Source: Atractiella rhizophila (taxonomy: Eukaryota). From it: a stretch of DNA of 39,644 nucleotides. A program made the position numbers and the translations under genes. The notes beneath the pieces are model-generated. The model saw only the letters and a program-made list of their open reading frames with translations. It was not told the origin of the DNA and searched no databases. Where the stretch lies: NCBI GenBank assembly GCA_021432655.1, contig MU271565.1, positions 1 to 39,644 on the forward strand, written 5' to 3'. How positions within the stretch are numbered: position 1 is the stretch's first letter; each line of letters opens with the position of its first letter. Shown piece by piece: positions 1 to 11,785 of this stretch.

Positions 1-507
1 AAACCTGAAGGATTGGGCTCGTTGATATCAAAGATGAGCTGTTCCAGCTTCAGCAATGACGCCACAAGTTTTGCGAGCTTATGGGGAATTTCTTCTGAAG
101 GGGTCAATATCTTTTCAGCTCTGCTCGCATAATACCAATCAAGCCGCACAGTGAATTGAAAGCATCTGAAGTAGACCTGACAAGAGTTCAACCAATCGGA
201 AGCTTATCCAGACTCACCGACATTTCTGTCCTCACTTGCCGAGGTCAGCGAAAGCCAGGAGCTCATCGACTTGTCGCTCCGATTGTTGCCAAGCGTCCTC
301 CTTCCCTGAATGGTGGATGGTGATATGCCGAAAGAGCAGAGGCAAGGCTACATTTGGAAAGCCTTTGCTGACTAATGAGAGGTTTTTGAGAACGAAGACG
401 GTTGGTGGTGTTGCGTCCCACCGATGGGAAGAGTACATGCTGCTGTTATCGTACACATGTCGCATGAGAAGCCAGAGACTGTCCGTGTTGTCGAGAGCAG
501 GATGCAT
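1..507 (-). pseudogene. F-box-like hypothetical protein, partial (runs off window start), apparently frame-disrupted
   Basis: ATG at 507 gives MHPALDNTDSLWLLMRHV...LKNLSLVSKGFPNVALPLLFRHITI, a typical fungal F-box-like N-terminus. A protein-like frame continues at ~177..1 (VYFRCFQFTVRLDW...KLAKLVASLLKLEQLIFDINEP). The candidate donors near 216-239 do not join the two frames in phase with the CAG acceptor at ~178. Confidence 0.45.
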
Positions 508-706
508 TCCTATTTCACGCACGTTGACTGGCGTAGAATGGCCGTGCTCAGATTAGGTAGATTGGAGCAGATGATATCATCATGGGGATGAACTACAGAT
601 TAGACTATGATGTCTGTGACGTCGACTACTTCTACCTTTTTGCCTTTTTCATCAAATTACAAAGCTGTTATCATCTTTTCGTTTGTCTTCCCTCAATAAA
701 GAGGCG

Positions 707-1606
707 ATGGCAATAGTTAGGCTGCTCCCCAGGTCTCTCCCCATTCTCAAAAATACGGCTATCAAACAGCGAGGTGTGGTAGTCCAGAAAATGAGCTCAT
801 CAACATCCTCCGACAACAACGCAAATAGTATCAAAGAAGTGTGAGATTTCCACATTCCCTTTCCTTATGAGATGAAGGTATAGACTGAATTACCCCTGAT
901 GGCGCAGACTTCAGAAGAACGAAATATTCCCTCACGTCCTTGATTCCTTCACGCCTTCATTCGCACTCAAGGCCACGTTCCAAAACGGCAGAGAAGCAAG
1001 TTTAGGCAACACCATAGACACTGAAGACGCGCAGGAGGCACCGAAGCTTTCTCTACATTCGCTAGTCGAAAATGCGTCCAAGCAAGATTGGAGCAAAGGT
1101 ACCTGGTACGCTGTAATGACGGATCCTGACGCGCCAAGTAGGCATGATCCAAAATGGTCTGAATTCTGGTGCGTCTTCCAGTCTCTATTTTCCCACACCA
1201 AACGATAATGATTGGATTTTGTAGCCATTGGATCTTGTCGTTCTCTCCTCAATCTTTCCCCCAACTTGTCCAGTCCGAGAACACCATCTCTTCCTCTGTC
1301 TCCGAGCCGTTCCAGAAAGGCGATCAGATAATTGAATACATGGGCCCTGCTCCACCTGAAAAGACGGGAAAGCATCGATACGTGCTCGTGCTGCTGCACG
1401 GAGAGAAGTCTGGTTTGGAAGGACCAAACGACAGGAAGAACTGGGGCATGGAGGGCAGTCGGGTTGGATTGAGACAATGGGCACAGAAGAATGGGCTGAA
1501 ACCCGTTGGTATGCCTTTTTGATTTTTTCCTCCTTCGGGGCGATTACTGATTGGTGTAATATGCGAAGCGGCAAATTTTTTCTTTGCTCAAAACAAAACA
1601 CAGTAA
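707..1606 (+). CDS. TFS1: Phosphatidylethanolamine-binding protein (PEBP; Tfs1/carboxypeptidase Y inhibitor-like), 4 exons
   Basis: Introns 841-907, 1169-1224 and 1509-1568 (GT-AG) give a continuous frame with the PEBP motifs MTDPDAPSR, SEFCHW, EYMGPAPPEKTGKHRYV and terminal AANFFFAQN. Confidence 0.9.
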
Positions 1607-1857
1607 ATGAATAAAACTTCCTCGTGATGTAAAATAAACAAGGACCTGTGAATAGATCAGCAAGCACCGATTGCATTTTCACACTTTCTGAGCCAACTCA
1701 AATTCAGGACCGGTGAGGTTGTCCAAAAATTGATTTTCAAGATACAACAGTTCCATTTGGTTACATTTGACCTTCTATTTTGGTTTCTAAAGACGAGTCA
1801 ATCTCGATTTGAACGCAACATCAACGAAATCGCTCACCATCAACGGGTAGGAGCCAC

Positions 1858-2622
1858 TCACTTCTCCTGCCCAGCGTACCAAATGCCTGTAAAATCTGGT
1901 TTCAAGCTAGCACCTCCAACAAGGAATCCATCGATGTCCTCCTTCTGCCTCAACTTTGCGCAATTATCGTTATTCACGCTTCCGCCATAAATGATCCTCG
2001 TCTCCTCCTTCACCTTCTCTCCCACCTTGCCCAACGCATTCCTGATCAACGCATGCACCTCCTGAGCCTGTTCAGGGGTAGCCACCTTCCCGGTACCAAT
2101 CGCCCAAACGGGTTCGTAGGCGATGACGACGGATTTCCAGTCCTCCTCTTTCGGGAGCAGGTCGATGACAGCCTGCAACTGCCCAAGAACAACATCCGCA
2201 GTCTTGTTCGCCTCCCTCTCCTCCAGCGTCTCTCCTATACACAGAATAGGCTTTACACGCTCTTTGATGGCGGACTGGACCCTCTGTGCCACCAACTCTG
2301 AGGTCTCGTGGAAGTATTGTCTCCTCTCCGAATGCCCAAGGATGACCCATGGGATCTCGTTGTCTTTCAACATTTTGAGGGACACCTCTCCGGTAAAAGC
2401 GCCGGAGGGGATGTTATACGCGTTTTGGGCAGCGATTTGGACGGGAGATTTGGCAGATGAGAGAATTTGGTGAAGAGGGAGGAGATAGATGGATGGCGGA
2501 GCAATGACGACCTCGACAGAGGGCGGAACTGTTGCTTGTGCGAATCCTTGGACAAGGGAAGTGAGGGACGAGAGAGTCCCGTTCATCTTGAAGTTTCCAC
2601 CGACAACAAATTCGCGAGGCAT
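1858..2622 (-). CDS. TPI1: Triosephosphate isomerase, single exon
   Basis: 254 aa ORF with GGNFKMN, GHSERR, AYEPVWAIGTG, YGGSV and GFLVGGASL; catalytic K, H and E present. Confidence 0.98.
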   Translation of the reverse strand: MPREFVVGGNFKMNGTLSSLTSLVQGFAQATVPPSVEVVIAPPSIYLLPLHQILSSAKSPVQIAAQNAYNIPSGAFTGEVSLKMLKDNEIPWVILGHSERRQYFHETSELVAQRVQSAIKERVKPILCIGETLEEREANKTADVVLGQLQAVIDLLPKEEDWKSVVIAYEPVWAIGTGKVATPEQAQEVHALIRNALGKVGEKVKEETRIIYGGSVNNDNCAKLRQKEDIDGFLVGGASLKPDFTGIWYAGQEK

Positions 2623-3100
2623 CTTCGGCGTGTTTCAGTTGGTCAAGGCGATCGGAGAGGCAGGTGGACAAGTTTGAAAGGAGTTCGACTGCTTTAAGCG
2701 ATTCGTCACCCGATTTCTACCGACTGGAATCAGCGATACTCTTCGAGAACTCGAACTGAAAGGTACTCGCAAAAGCTCGCTGAATGCTCAGAGTCAGTGC
2801 GAGGATGTACTTTGATCAGTTGATTCTGGCCAAAACCTGGTACAGATCAGAACAGCCCCCTGGCGATTCAAAACTGGCCCCAAGGGCAAGTGCTTCGTCA
2901 CATGCCAGCAGCATTTCACCAAATGTCAATGAAGACGTAAATCTATTCACAAGAACACAGATATCTACAATAACTGAAATATTTGACACATCGGGGGAGC
3001 AACATTTGGAAAATGAAAATGAACAGATCATTGTTTGTAAGCACAGCTTGCAAGAGGATAAATGAGTGAGATTTGGTGAGATAAATTATTGCATGCGTAT

Positions 3101-5401
3101 TCACACTTGTTCGTATCCTCTCGGGTTCTTCTCGACCCAAACCTAACCGCGCTCTCATCAGCTTTCCGGAAACGCCAAACCCCAACAAGTGGAAGCGGAG
3201 GAAAGCGTACCCACTGGTCCCGACACATGTCCAGGAGCGATCGCTTGGCTTTCCACCCAAGCTCTCTCTCCGCTTTCGACGGGTCGCAAACGACAGAAGC
3301 GAGGTCTCCAGCGCGTGGGTTCTCCAACACCGTCTTGATGGGCGACTGCGATATCTTCGACAGGGTCTCTATGATTTCAAGGACGCTCACTCCCCGTCCA
3401 GTCCCAAGACTACATAGAACAACTGAGACTGAGCGATAAGATGAGGGCGGAGAGACGCACTTGTAGGTTCGGCAGTTCTCTTTTAGCATCGAACTGTTCT
3501 CCAGGAAGGAGAGAGCGTTGTAATGAGCGTCGGCTATATCCATAACGTGACAGAAATCCCGAACCCCTTTCATCACAAAATGGACCATTATTACTCCGAG
3601 AACTCCACAAGAAGGGATACAAACCTGTCCCATCGGGGGTATCAAACCGTGTGCCATATATCTTGACAAAAGGTTTCCGGCCTTGCACTACCTCTCCGTC
3701 AGGCGAAGTTTTGAGCTCCGATGAGTCAAACATACAAACGAGTGAAACGGTCGGCATGAGATTGGTAGCCTCCAACGGATTCTCTCCAATCAATCCGCTC
3801 GGATGGCAGCCTGACGGATTCGCATACCTGAGGATGACGACTCGCCAATCCGGATCAGCAGCACACCTAACGAGCGACTTCGTCAGCAACGCTCCTCTGC
3901 GACAGGCTGTAAAGCCTCACAAATCGTTCAGGATCTCCTCACACATCAGCTTCGACCGTCCATAAGGGTTCGTGATCTCCCCTCCCTTCTTTCCCACGAT
4001 CCTCATCTCCTCTTTCAACCTGACATCCTTTCCCATCCCCTCCAACTTTCCATAAACTACCACACTGCTACTAAACACCATCTTCTTGCACCCCATCTTC
4101 TCCAAGACCGAGATCAAATTAAGGGTCCCAGTGACATTGACATCATAATAATCTCGGGGTCGTCTCAAGCTCTCCGAGATGCTTTTGAGCGCCGCAAAAT
4201 GCAAGCAACTCACGATCCGACTCTGGCCGTTTGAACGTCGATACTTCCCCAACCGTTGTTCTAAAACGGTTCGCTCACGTATGTCGCATTTCTCGAAATA
4301 TATTGGAGGGCGATTCGACACCGGGATACCTGCTTTGTCCCATTCCATCTCGACCAGGAGACGGACGCGTGAGATGGCGGAAGGGAGTGAGTTTGAAAAG
4401 TTGTCCAGGATGATTATACCATATTTCGTCGTGGTTAGGATTGGGAGAATGGAATGTGTCGGGATGTAGCCTACGACAAATACGAGTTAGTCGTCAATTT
4501 CACTTCTCTTGTGACCATGCCAGATGATCTTGACATCCAGGATCGAATACGATATCAATGGACGCAAGGGCGCAATAACCGTCCTCACCTCAACCATTAT
4601 CCGGATAGTAGATCTTAGGGTACCCTAGCCACATCGGGAATCTTAGACAAATTGCGTAGTCGCCAATAGGCGCATGACATCAATCCAAAGGGTAATATTA
4701 ACTCAGTTGAGGGATCGGATTACGAAAGAGGGAACTGTCAGATTCAGATTCATGGAGGGGAAAAGCGAAAGCGCATAATACGTAATGATGCAACTGCCAT
4801 CCTGGTCTTTCACCCTTTGGGTTCGTGTAGAAGCAGGTAATATGGCACCGCGAAAAACGTATCATGCGAAGGAAGCGAGAACAAGAATGAAACAATAGTG
4901 GAAGAGATAACAAAAGAGCTGCTACCTTCTAGGCCTTCGTGTTATAGGGCCTTCATCACCATACTGTTCTTCGACCTCTCCTCTACTCTCTACTCCAAGA
5001 CAGATCTCACACCAAGCAACAAGCAATAAAACTAAAAGAAATTACGCACCAGCACCACCTGTGACCAGTACCAACTCCCACTCCTTCGCACCTCCTTTCT
5101 CAGCACCAAGACCACCAAGCGCAGCCTCAATCGGATCAATCTCCTCAAACGTCGGCGTCCTCAAGCTGACCACGGGCAACGTCTTCGGGTCCACTCTGGG
5201 AAGACTATTAGGGGGTATGATCGGGAAGTACCCAGTGTTCGATGGCTCCGGGGAGGAGGTAAGGACGAATGGAGTGTGCGGTGGCGAGAGGGAGGGGAGG
5301 GAGGCGATGGCGGAGGAGAGCGAGGGGAAGGTCTGTTGCTGGAGCGTGGGAATGGCGGGCGAGGGATGGCGTCGCGGTGTGCGCGTTATCTGAACTGGCA
5401 T
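3101..5401 (-). CDS. UDP-glucose 4-epimerase (GalE family) with Pro/Ser-rich N-terminal extension, 7 exons
   Basis: Spliced frame reads LVTGGAG|YIPTH, LDNFSNS, HFAALKSISES, FSSSVVVYG, NPYGRSK (YxxxK), LRYANPSGCHPSGLIGENP, DGTG|VRDFCHV, NLGTG, RAGD and W|VWVEKNPRGY. Intron 1 is 4471-5049. Confidence 0.9.
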
Positions 5402-6885
5402 GTTGTTGCTCTGGGAGATCTGAGTCGAGGGGAGCAAGCGAGGGCAGATGCGGGTGGCTGGCGATGGAGAAAAAAGAGAGAGAAGTTAAGCGATCGTCGT
5501 TTCAGTTGTGGATTAATCGATTGACAGTTTCAGCTGCAGCCCGCTTATGACATCATAACACTTGCACCCGCCTCCTTCCGACAAATAACAAAACTGCCAT
5601 TGATTCAGATTTATTATTTAGCCATGTCAAAGCCAACGTCTCATTTGCATTATGTTAAGGTCCAATATCCCCAGATCACTTCCAAGCAGTAAACCCAAGT
5701 GACATGTCAATGTTTCGGGAGAGGGAGGATGGAAGGACTAGGGCAACCAAGACAGAAGGATTACTCTGTCAGTCATGTGGTAACAATAAAGCTCGTATTT
5801 TCTCGCAACAGAAGAAAAGGGGTGCAGAGCAGTGAGAATGAATGGGATTGTTGCTCTATAAGTTACAAGTGACGACACGCTCTAAGTTGGTTTTCTCTTC
5901 AATGGTCTTTCTTGGAAGTGGGACAAGCGGCTTCCATCCTCAAAGAATATTCCTTTATCGAGGAAACTGTCAAGTTTGAACGAGAATATGCAGCAACGGC
6001 AGACCGGAGAGACTTGTGTCGAGGTTGGTTTATGGGCTAATTCTGCACCTGAATAAACGGCAGGGCGGATAGGCTGCGGGATTTCGATTGCCTCTGATAT
6101 CCATAAATTATAGACTTTGGGTCCCTCCGGTGCCATCATCTCGATGTTCTTCGCTCGATATATAATTAAGACGAGCACTATTGGCTGCTGGTTTCGCTGG
6201 GGACGGTCATCATGTTCTTGGGTTTGTTGCTCCACCAAATGGTTGCCTCTTGACTAATATAAAATGATACTGTGGCACCTGAATCTAGAGTAGCTGGGAA
6301 GGCTATGGTCGGCTTGCTGTGCATCGAGAATTTTATCTACGCCGTGACAGTTGGACCACTCGCGCAAGATTCTTTCATTTTTGATCGTCTAGTGAAGCCG
6401 ACAATCCCATAGACATAGAAGGCCAGTGTCTACGAAGTTGGACATTTGGGATCGGCATGGTAAGCATCGAATGAGAGCTCACTGCTTTCACAATGCTATC
6501 GGATGAGAAATATGACAGTCTGATCTCTGAGTCGAAAGGAGAAATTAATCACTTTGACAATTGTTAGGTCCTATAACTGATCTGCAAATGCTTCCATGTG
6601 TTGTCTTCTCCTAGTCGAATTAGTCAAAATCTGCTTATTATGACCGATTCAGGCTTAAATGGTTGAAGGGGTTATTCTAATTAAAAGAATGAGGAAATAC
6701 TGCTTGGCAAGCCATATTCAAAGCGTACTCCACAATACCAAACTAAACTGGAAACCAACTCAAGCTTTACAGATGAGCTGTCACCAACGGTAACTAGGAA
6801 GAATGTTGCGAATTAACTATCCTTTCATCAAGTCATAATCTGCCGTTCAAATCGTAGTGTCTCAACTTCCAATCCTAGGCTTCCA

Positions 6886-8985
6886 TCAGCAAGATGTGTG
6901 CGGGAAAAAGACTTCGACCAACCCATTTCCATCTGCATCATCCAATCCTTCCATGAGCGAATAACTCTTCTGTAGTACGCATTCTCCTCCGTTCTCCAAA
7001 TCAATATTGAAGCTATAAAACACGCCTTCCGATGTGACAACCATGATTTGTGGCGTCGTGCTGTGTCAGCTCTGAGTCAGGCTGCCCCTTGAGAAGAAGT
7101 ACGATGAACATACTTGCTGATGGCTACGACGCTCCTCACGCCGCTACTAGGCAGCTTCAAAAATGCAAAATCTCGTTGAGGTTCCCAAATTTCAGTCAAA
7201 GTGTTTGGAAGGTATCCGCCCACTGATCCTGCAAGATTTCTGCCCAAGTTCAGCGATTTTCGTCTTAGCGATCCCCTGCAACCATGCTTCAACATGAAGA
7301 GAACAGCTGGCTGATGAAGGAGAGGGGACATACGACATTCCTTCGTTCTTCTTCCCTTCAATGAATGCCTCGTATCCGCCTCCACTTCCCTCGCTCCCGC
7401 TCCTCCACTCCTCTCCATCCTCATCATCTCTGTTCTTCTTTCTCGCGGTCCAGCTTCCCCTCTTATTACCTCCCTTTTGACCTCCAATCTTGAAGATGTG
7501 CACAGTTTCGGTATCCGATGTGACAGCCAACAGGGTTCCCACAGCATTAAAAGAAAGATCGTAAATCCTAGCCGGATAACTGCCTCTCCTGAACTGGGCC
7601 ACCTTCTCGCCATTCGGGATCCCAAACACTCGAATGACCGTTCCTTTGTCTGACGACGTTGCGAGGAGGAGACCGGACGGCGATATCCGCAGGGCGGAAA
7701 TAGGGGATTTGTGGGCTTGGAGAATGTTGGTCACGCTGAGCGATAACGCGTCGAAAAGCAATACATCGCCAGTTGGGGAAGAAGGATGAGGAGGAGGGTG
7801 AACTGAGTGGGGAAGGCGTGGGTAATGGAGATGGGTAGGCGAGGTAAGAATTTTCGGATGATGGAGACAGTGTGCAAATGGCTGCAAAACCAAGTCAGCA
7901 AACGCACTGCAATTGTGATGTCAATTAAATAATAAATAATGCGATAAGATCGATTATCGTTTAATAACGGCGATTTAACATTACGTCAAACATGTATTTA
8001 TGGGATTGGGAAAATATCTCAGACCAACATTCCAGATTAATGAAAGAAAGTCGATGGAATAGTGTCGAGGCATATATTGGAGCGGCATGTCCTTTCTGGT
8101 ATTACTGCAAGCTCCAACCCAAAGTACAAGCGCGCACTCGGCATTATACGTCGTGCACTAGCAAAGATCGTTCTTATCGAACCCTGGTGCCATCAACGCA
8201 TGACTTCGTGAGATAGATAATCCGCATTTCTTAGTACGGGTTATGCGTCGCTTCTCTCACCCTTCCTTCCATCATGCAAGCCTCAGCAAACCTCAAGATT
8301 CACAACCCACATCTTCTAGAAGAAAACCAAGAACCGAAGGAAAGTACGCACCCCCAGGATTTGGACTGGTTTCGATAGTATGAAGGAGCTTCATATTCGA
8401 GATATCATAGACGTAGATCTGCTCCTCCAACACCACCACGAGGCGTTTGCGGTTCATTTTTACGGCGAGGATGGAGGTGGGAAAAGTGAGTTCGCAGATT
8501 GTTGATTGTCTCTATTCATCCCACATCACCAACAGTCACACATCAGCACTCTGCTCTTTGGCCAGAGAGAAAAACATGAGACGGGAGAGAAGGAAACGGA
8601 GATAAACCTTGGTGTTCACAATCTGAAGACGGCGAGTGGACGAGTTCGGCTTGTCTCCCGTGCCCACCAAGGCGACGAGAGAAGTGCAGAAGAGCATCTC
8701 GACGATGGAGGTGGCACCATCGTTCCTCGCGTACACCTTGCCAAAGGGATCGCAGTTTGTTATCGTGTACCCTTTGCGGTGTCCAGTTGAGATACATCTT
8801 TACCGCACAACCACACTTCATCAGCCCAAGACTACCCATAATAGTACATAAAGAATGGAAGCAAGTAAGGGGTGGATGTGGAAAACATACGTATTGTCTT
8901 GGTTGAAATTGGAGAAGAGCAGGTCTGGATGGGACGTGCGAGGCCCCCCGACGGCGTTGAGGGGAGACAGAAAGCGGGATGTCAT
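6886..8985 (-). CDS. ATG18: Autophagy protein Atg18 (PROPPIN WD40 propeller), 6 exons, with apparent internal frameshift
   Basis: [96 protein letters not shown] phosphoinositide motif, TVHIF, EPQRDFA and GGECVL. The frame changes at ~7770-7830. Confidence 0.93.
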
Positions 8986-9416
8986 CGTTGCTTCTACTGT
9001 GCTGCAGGCGTCGCTGCAGGAAAATCGAGGAAACCTAAGAAGTGGTCGTCGTGGGAGGTGGCTGACTAGCCGGTAGTCGAGTTTCGGATCGAGACTACGT
9101 GTCAGGTGACTTGGAAATCGTATGGAAGCCATTCATCATCCAGCTGATTCCCCCTGCTTCACAGAATAAGGTACTACGTTGTGATGCTGTATTGACTGCC
9201 TTATATTTGACAGAATGCATTTGTGGTCCAGTCAATGACACTAGCATGAGGCGGGAAGTAAGAAATAAGGTAGGATTATGAGGTGACTTGCGTGAAGTAT
9301 TCTACAATATGCAACAGCTCCGAGTCTTGGTCCATGACAAACTGAGCACACAAACCAACCAAATTGTCCACCACACACCAAACAATACTGTACAGTAGTC
9401 TAAAGCAAACACTGAT

Positions 9417-11785
9417 CTATGTTGAGCTCTTGCTATAAGCAAGAGATAATGTGCTATCAAAGCATTGACACTCGCGCTTCTTCGCCAACCAATCACTCTC
9501 CGGACAGCTCTCTACCATCCTGGGGTCCTCGCACTCGAACATTGTTGGCCATGACCTTTCCACAGAATGTCCGAAAAAAGGGTTTTCTGGTCCTGTAACA
9601 CAGTGAACATCGTTTTTGGAAGCGAAAGGGAGGAGACTAACCATTATTCCACCATCCCTCTTTATATATGTCGCTTCCTTCCGGCGCTTCCAGCATGTCG
9701 TCCAGCTCCTGGTATGTTGAGAGCAGGTTTCTTTCAATTCGTTGTCTAGAAACCACAAATTGGCCCGAATAAGTGGCCTTGAGGGAAATCAGCAACTCAG
9801 GCTCCTCAAAATAAGAGAAAAGCGCACCACTTGGTGTGTTCCATCGATACACTCCTTCCCCTTGAACATACGATAGATATCCCTCATTCGCTCATACTCC
9901 CCATTTCCGACTCCATGAAACAGATCCTTTCCGCAATTCGAAGGGAACACCACGGTGGTGGTAAGGAATCCGGTCGAGTCCGTGATCAGTTCGATCTTAG
10001 GAGTTGATAGTTGAGCCCAAGCCAGATGCGGCTGCATGAATAAAGTGAGAGGAGCGAGGGCCGTGGTGCACTCTGCTCTCATTGTCAACATGATAACTTT
10101 TGGAGCTTCTGGCGACCCACCAGAAAATTGATTAATCGTTCCCATAGCGCAGGTCGAATTGCCTTCCCCTTCACGATCCAGACCATAATTTCTCAGAATA
10201 TGTTTCAAATATGTCCCTCCCTCTCTGCCAGTGTTGGGAAGCCCATGAACCACAACATCCACTTGCTCAACCAACCAGTCTGGTACCACGTTCCCTTTCG
10301 GGTAGACGATAACCCTGGGCTGGCGGTCCGAGATGGGACGCACGGAAAAGAGGGTAGAAAGAGACGTTCGCAGGACGTCCGGAGTCTCTTCAAAATACGA
10401 GATGACGATGTCAATCCCTTTCGGCTTTTTGGGAAAGACTGGGGAAGTAAGGAGGAGCAGTCCGAGGGGCAAGAGAGCGATAAGCGTCCTTGACAAACGT
10501 GGATGGATGGGACTGCGAGTTCCGAGCACATCTTCGTCTTCCTTCTCCTGCCCAGTAGAATAAAGCGGGACGAGGACTTCTGCCTTCTCCGACGACCGAA
10601 TCAAACGCGACCATCGCCTCTCCAGTGCCATCACTATCCCCAGACAGAGCGCTCCACTTATTACCCATGCTGTCGCATCGTCTGCCTCTATCCCCTTCCC
10701 GCCACCTAGCCATCCTTTTTGATTCACGATCTGTTCCATTCCCAGGAGAAGAAGCATATTTCCTAGAGCAAAAGACGAGAAGAGGTCCACCTTCCTTGTT
10801 GCAATAAACGCCGTAAAGAGTAGATCACAGCTGAGGAGGACTGTGTGGAGGCTTGGTATATGAACTAGGTAGTAATTTTTAAATGTTGGCGGACGGAACA
10901 GATAAGTTGGCAACGGTGTTCGGAAGGAGGTTGGTGTGGTGGAGAAGAGAAGCGGTGACAGATGCGGGAGGGAAATGAAGACGTAGGAGATGAGAGCATA
11001 CTAAAGTCCTTCGGTCACTGCTTATTCTCGAGGAGTGGGACAGTACTAACGGGAGATATATTCAGAAGGAAGTAGAACCACCCCACGCGTTCTTCTTGCT
11101 CTTGACCACCGTCCTGATACTCTCTCGCCAGAATGACGAATGCAAATGTCGGTAGACTTGTGAGCACGAAGTAGAGAAAGGTATCGGCTAAGGATTGAGA
11201 AGAGATGGGTGTTGAGAAATAGGAGAAGAGGAGGATTGGGATGGGAAGGAGGAATGACAGAACAAAAGTGGTGGCTGGCAAAGGTGATGGGTAATTCGTC
11301 CGTGAAGGCAGATATTGCAGCAGAAGCGGTAAAATGACCACCTGTGAGGAATCGTTAGTTCTCTTCCCTATTCTTCTCTATTCTTTCAGGATTGTAAAAC
11401 GCTTCAGAAAGAGGATACGATAAACTGTAACGTAGGATGTTGACTGCTACTAAATGGGAAAAACTACAAAAATCTATCGTTTAGTTTGACCTACCTTCAA
11501 GCCTTCTCTCATCCCCAAGCTCACTGTCGCCTGTCCTGCTCTCCCTCCAATATTGTGCTCAGCCCACCACGCTATCGCGAGTGCTGCTCCTGCGGTCGCA
11601 AACAAACGCCTCCTGAACTTCTTGCGAGCTCCATCGCTCCCCCTGCCTCGACACATGAGGAAAAGACTGTAAAGTACATGGAGCCAGGTTAAAACGAAGA
11701 GTGGAATGAGGGGGAGGGGACTGAGAATGCTAGGAACAAAGCGAGATGTGAGGTGGAACGCGTTGAGATCTGCAGGAGCGAACAT
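9417..11785 (-). CDS. Polytopic membrane protein with C-terminal DUF3431-like (putative glycosyltransferase-like) domain, copy A, 6 exons, ~670 aa
   Basis: About 10 hydrophobic segments, then IDIVISYFEE, LPNTGREGGTYLKHILRNY, LAPLTLFMQPH, YSGQFVVSRQRI, FGHSVERSWPTMF and a Cys-rich tail. GT-AG introns join the exons in frame and match the paralog at 16494-18851. Confidence 0.8.

Noticed and set aside
932..1682. Minus-strand ORFs of 181 and 165 aa
   Set aside because: Antisense shadows of the PEBP gene with no recognisable motifs.
2784..3065. 93 aa + strand ORF between TPI1 and the epimerase
   Set aside because: Short, no motifs or splice support, and overlaps the likely TPI promoter and epimerase 3' UTR.
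5882..6238. 118 aa - strand ORF
   Set aside because: Non-ATG start and no recognisable domain; cannot be supported as a gene.
7925..7980. AT-rich palindrome (cgataa-gatcga-ttatcg) in the ATG18 long intron as a MITE end
   Set aside because: No matching terminal repeat or target-site duplication found.
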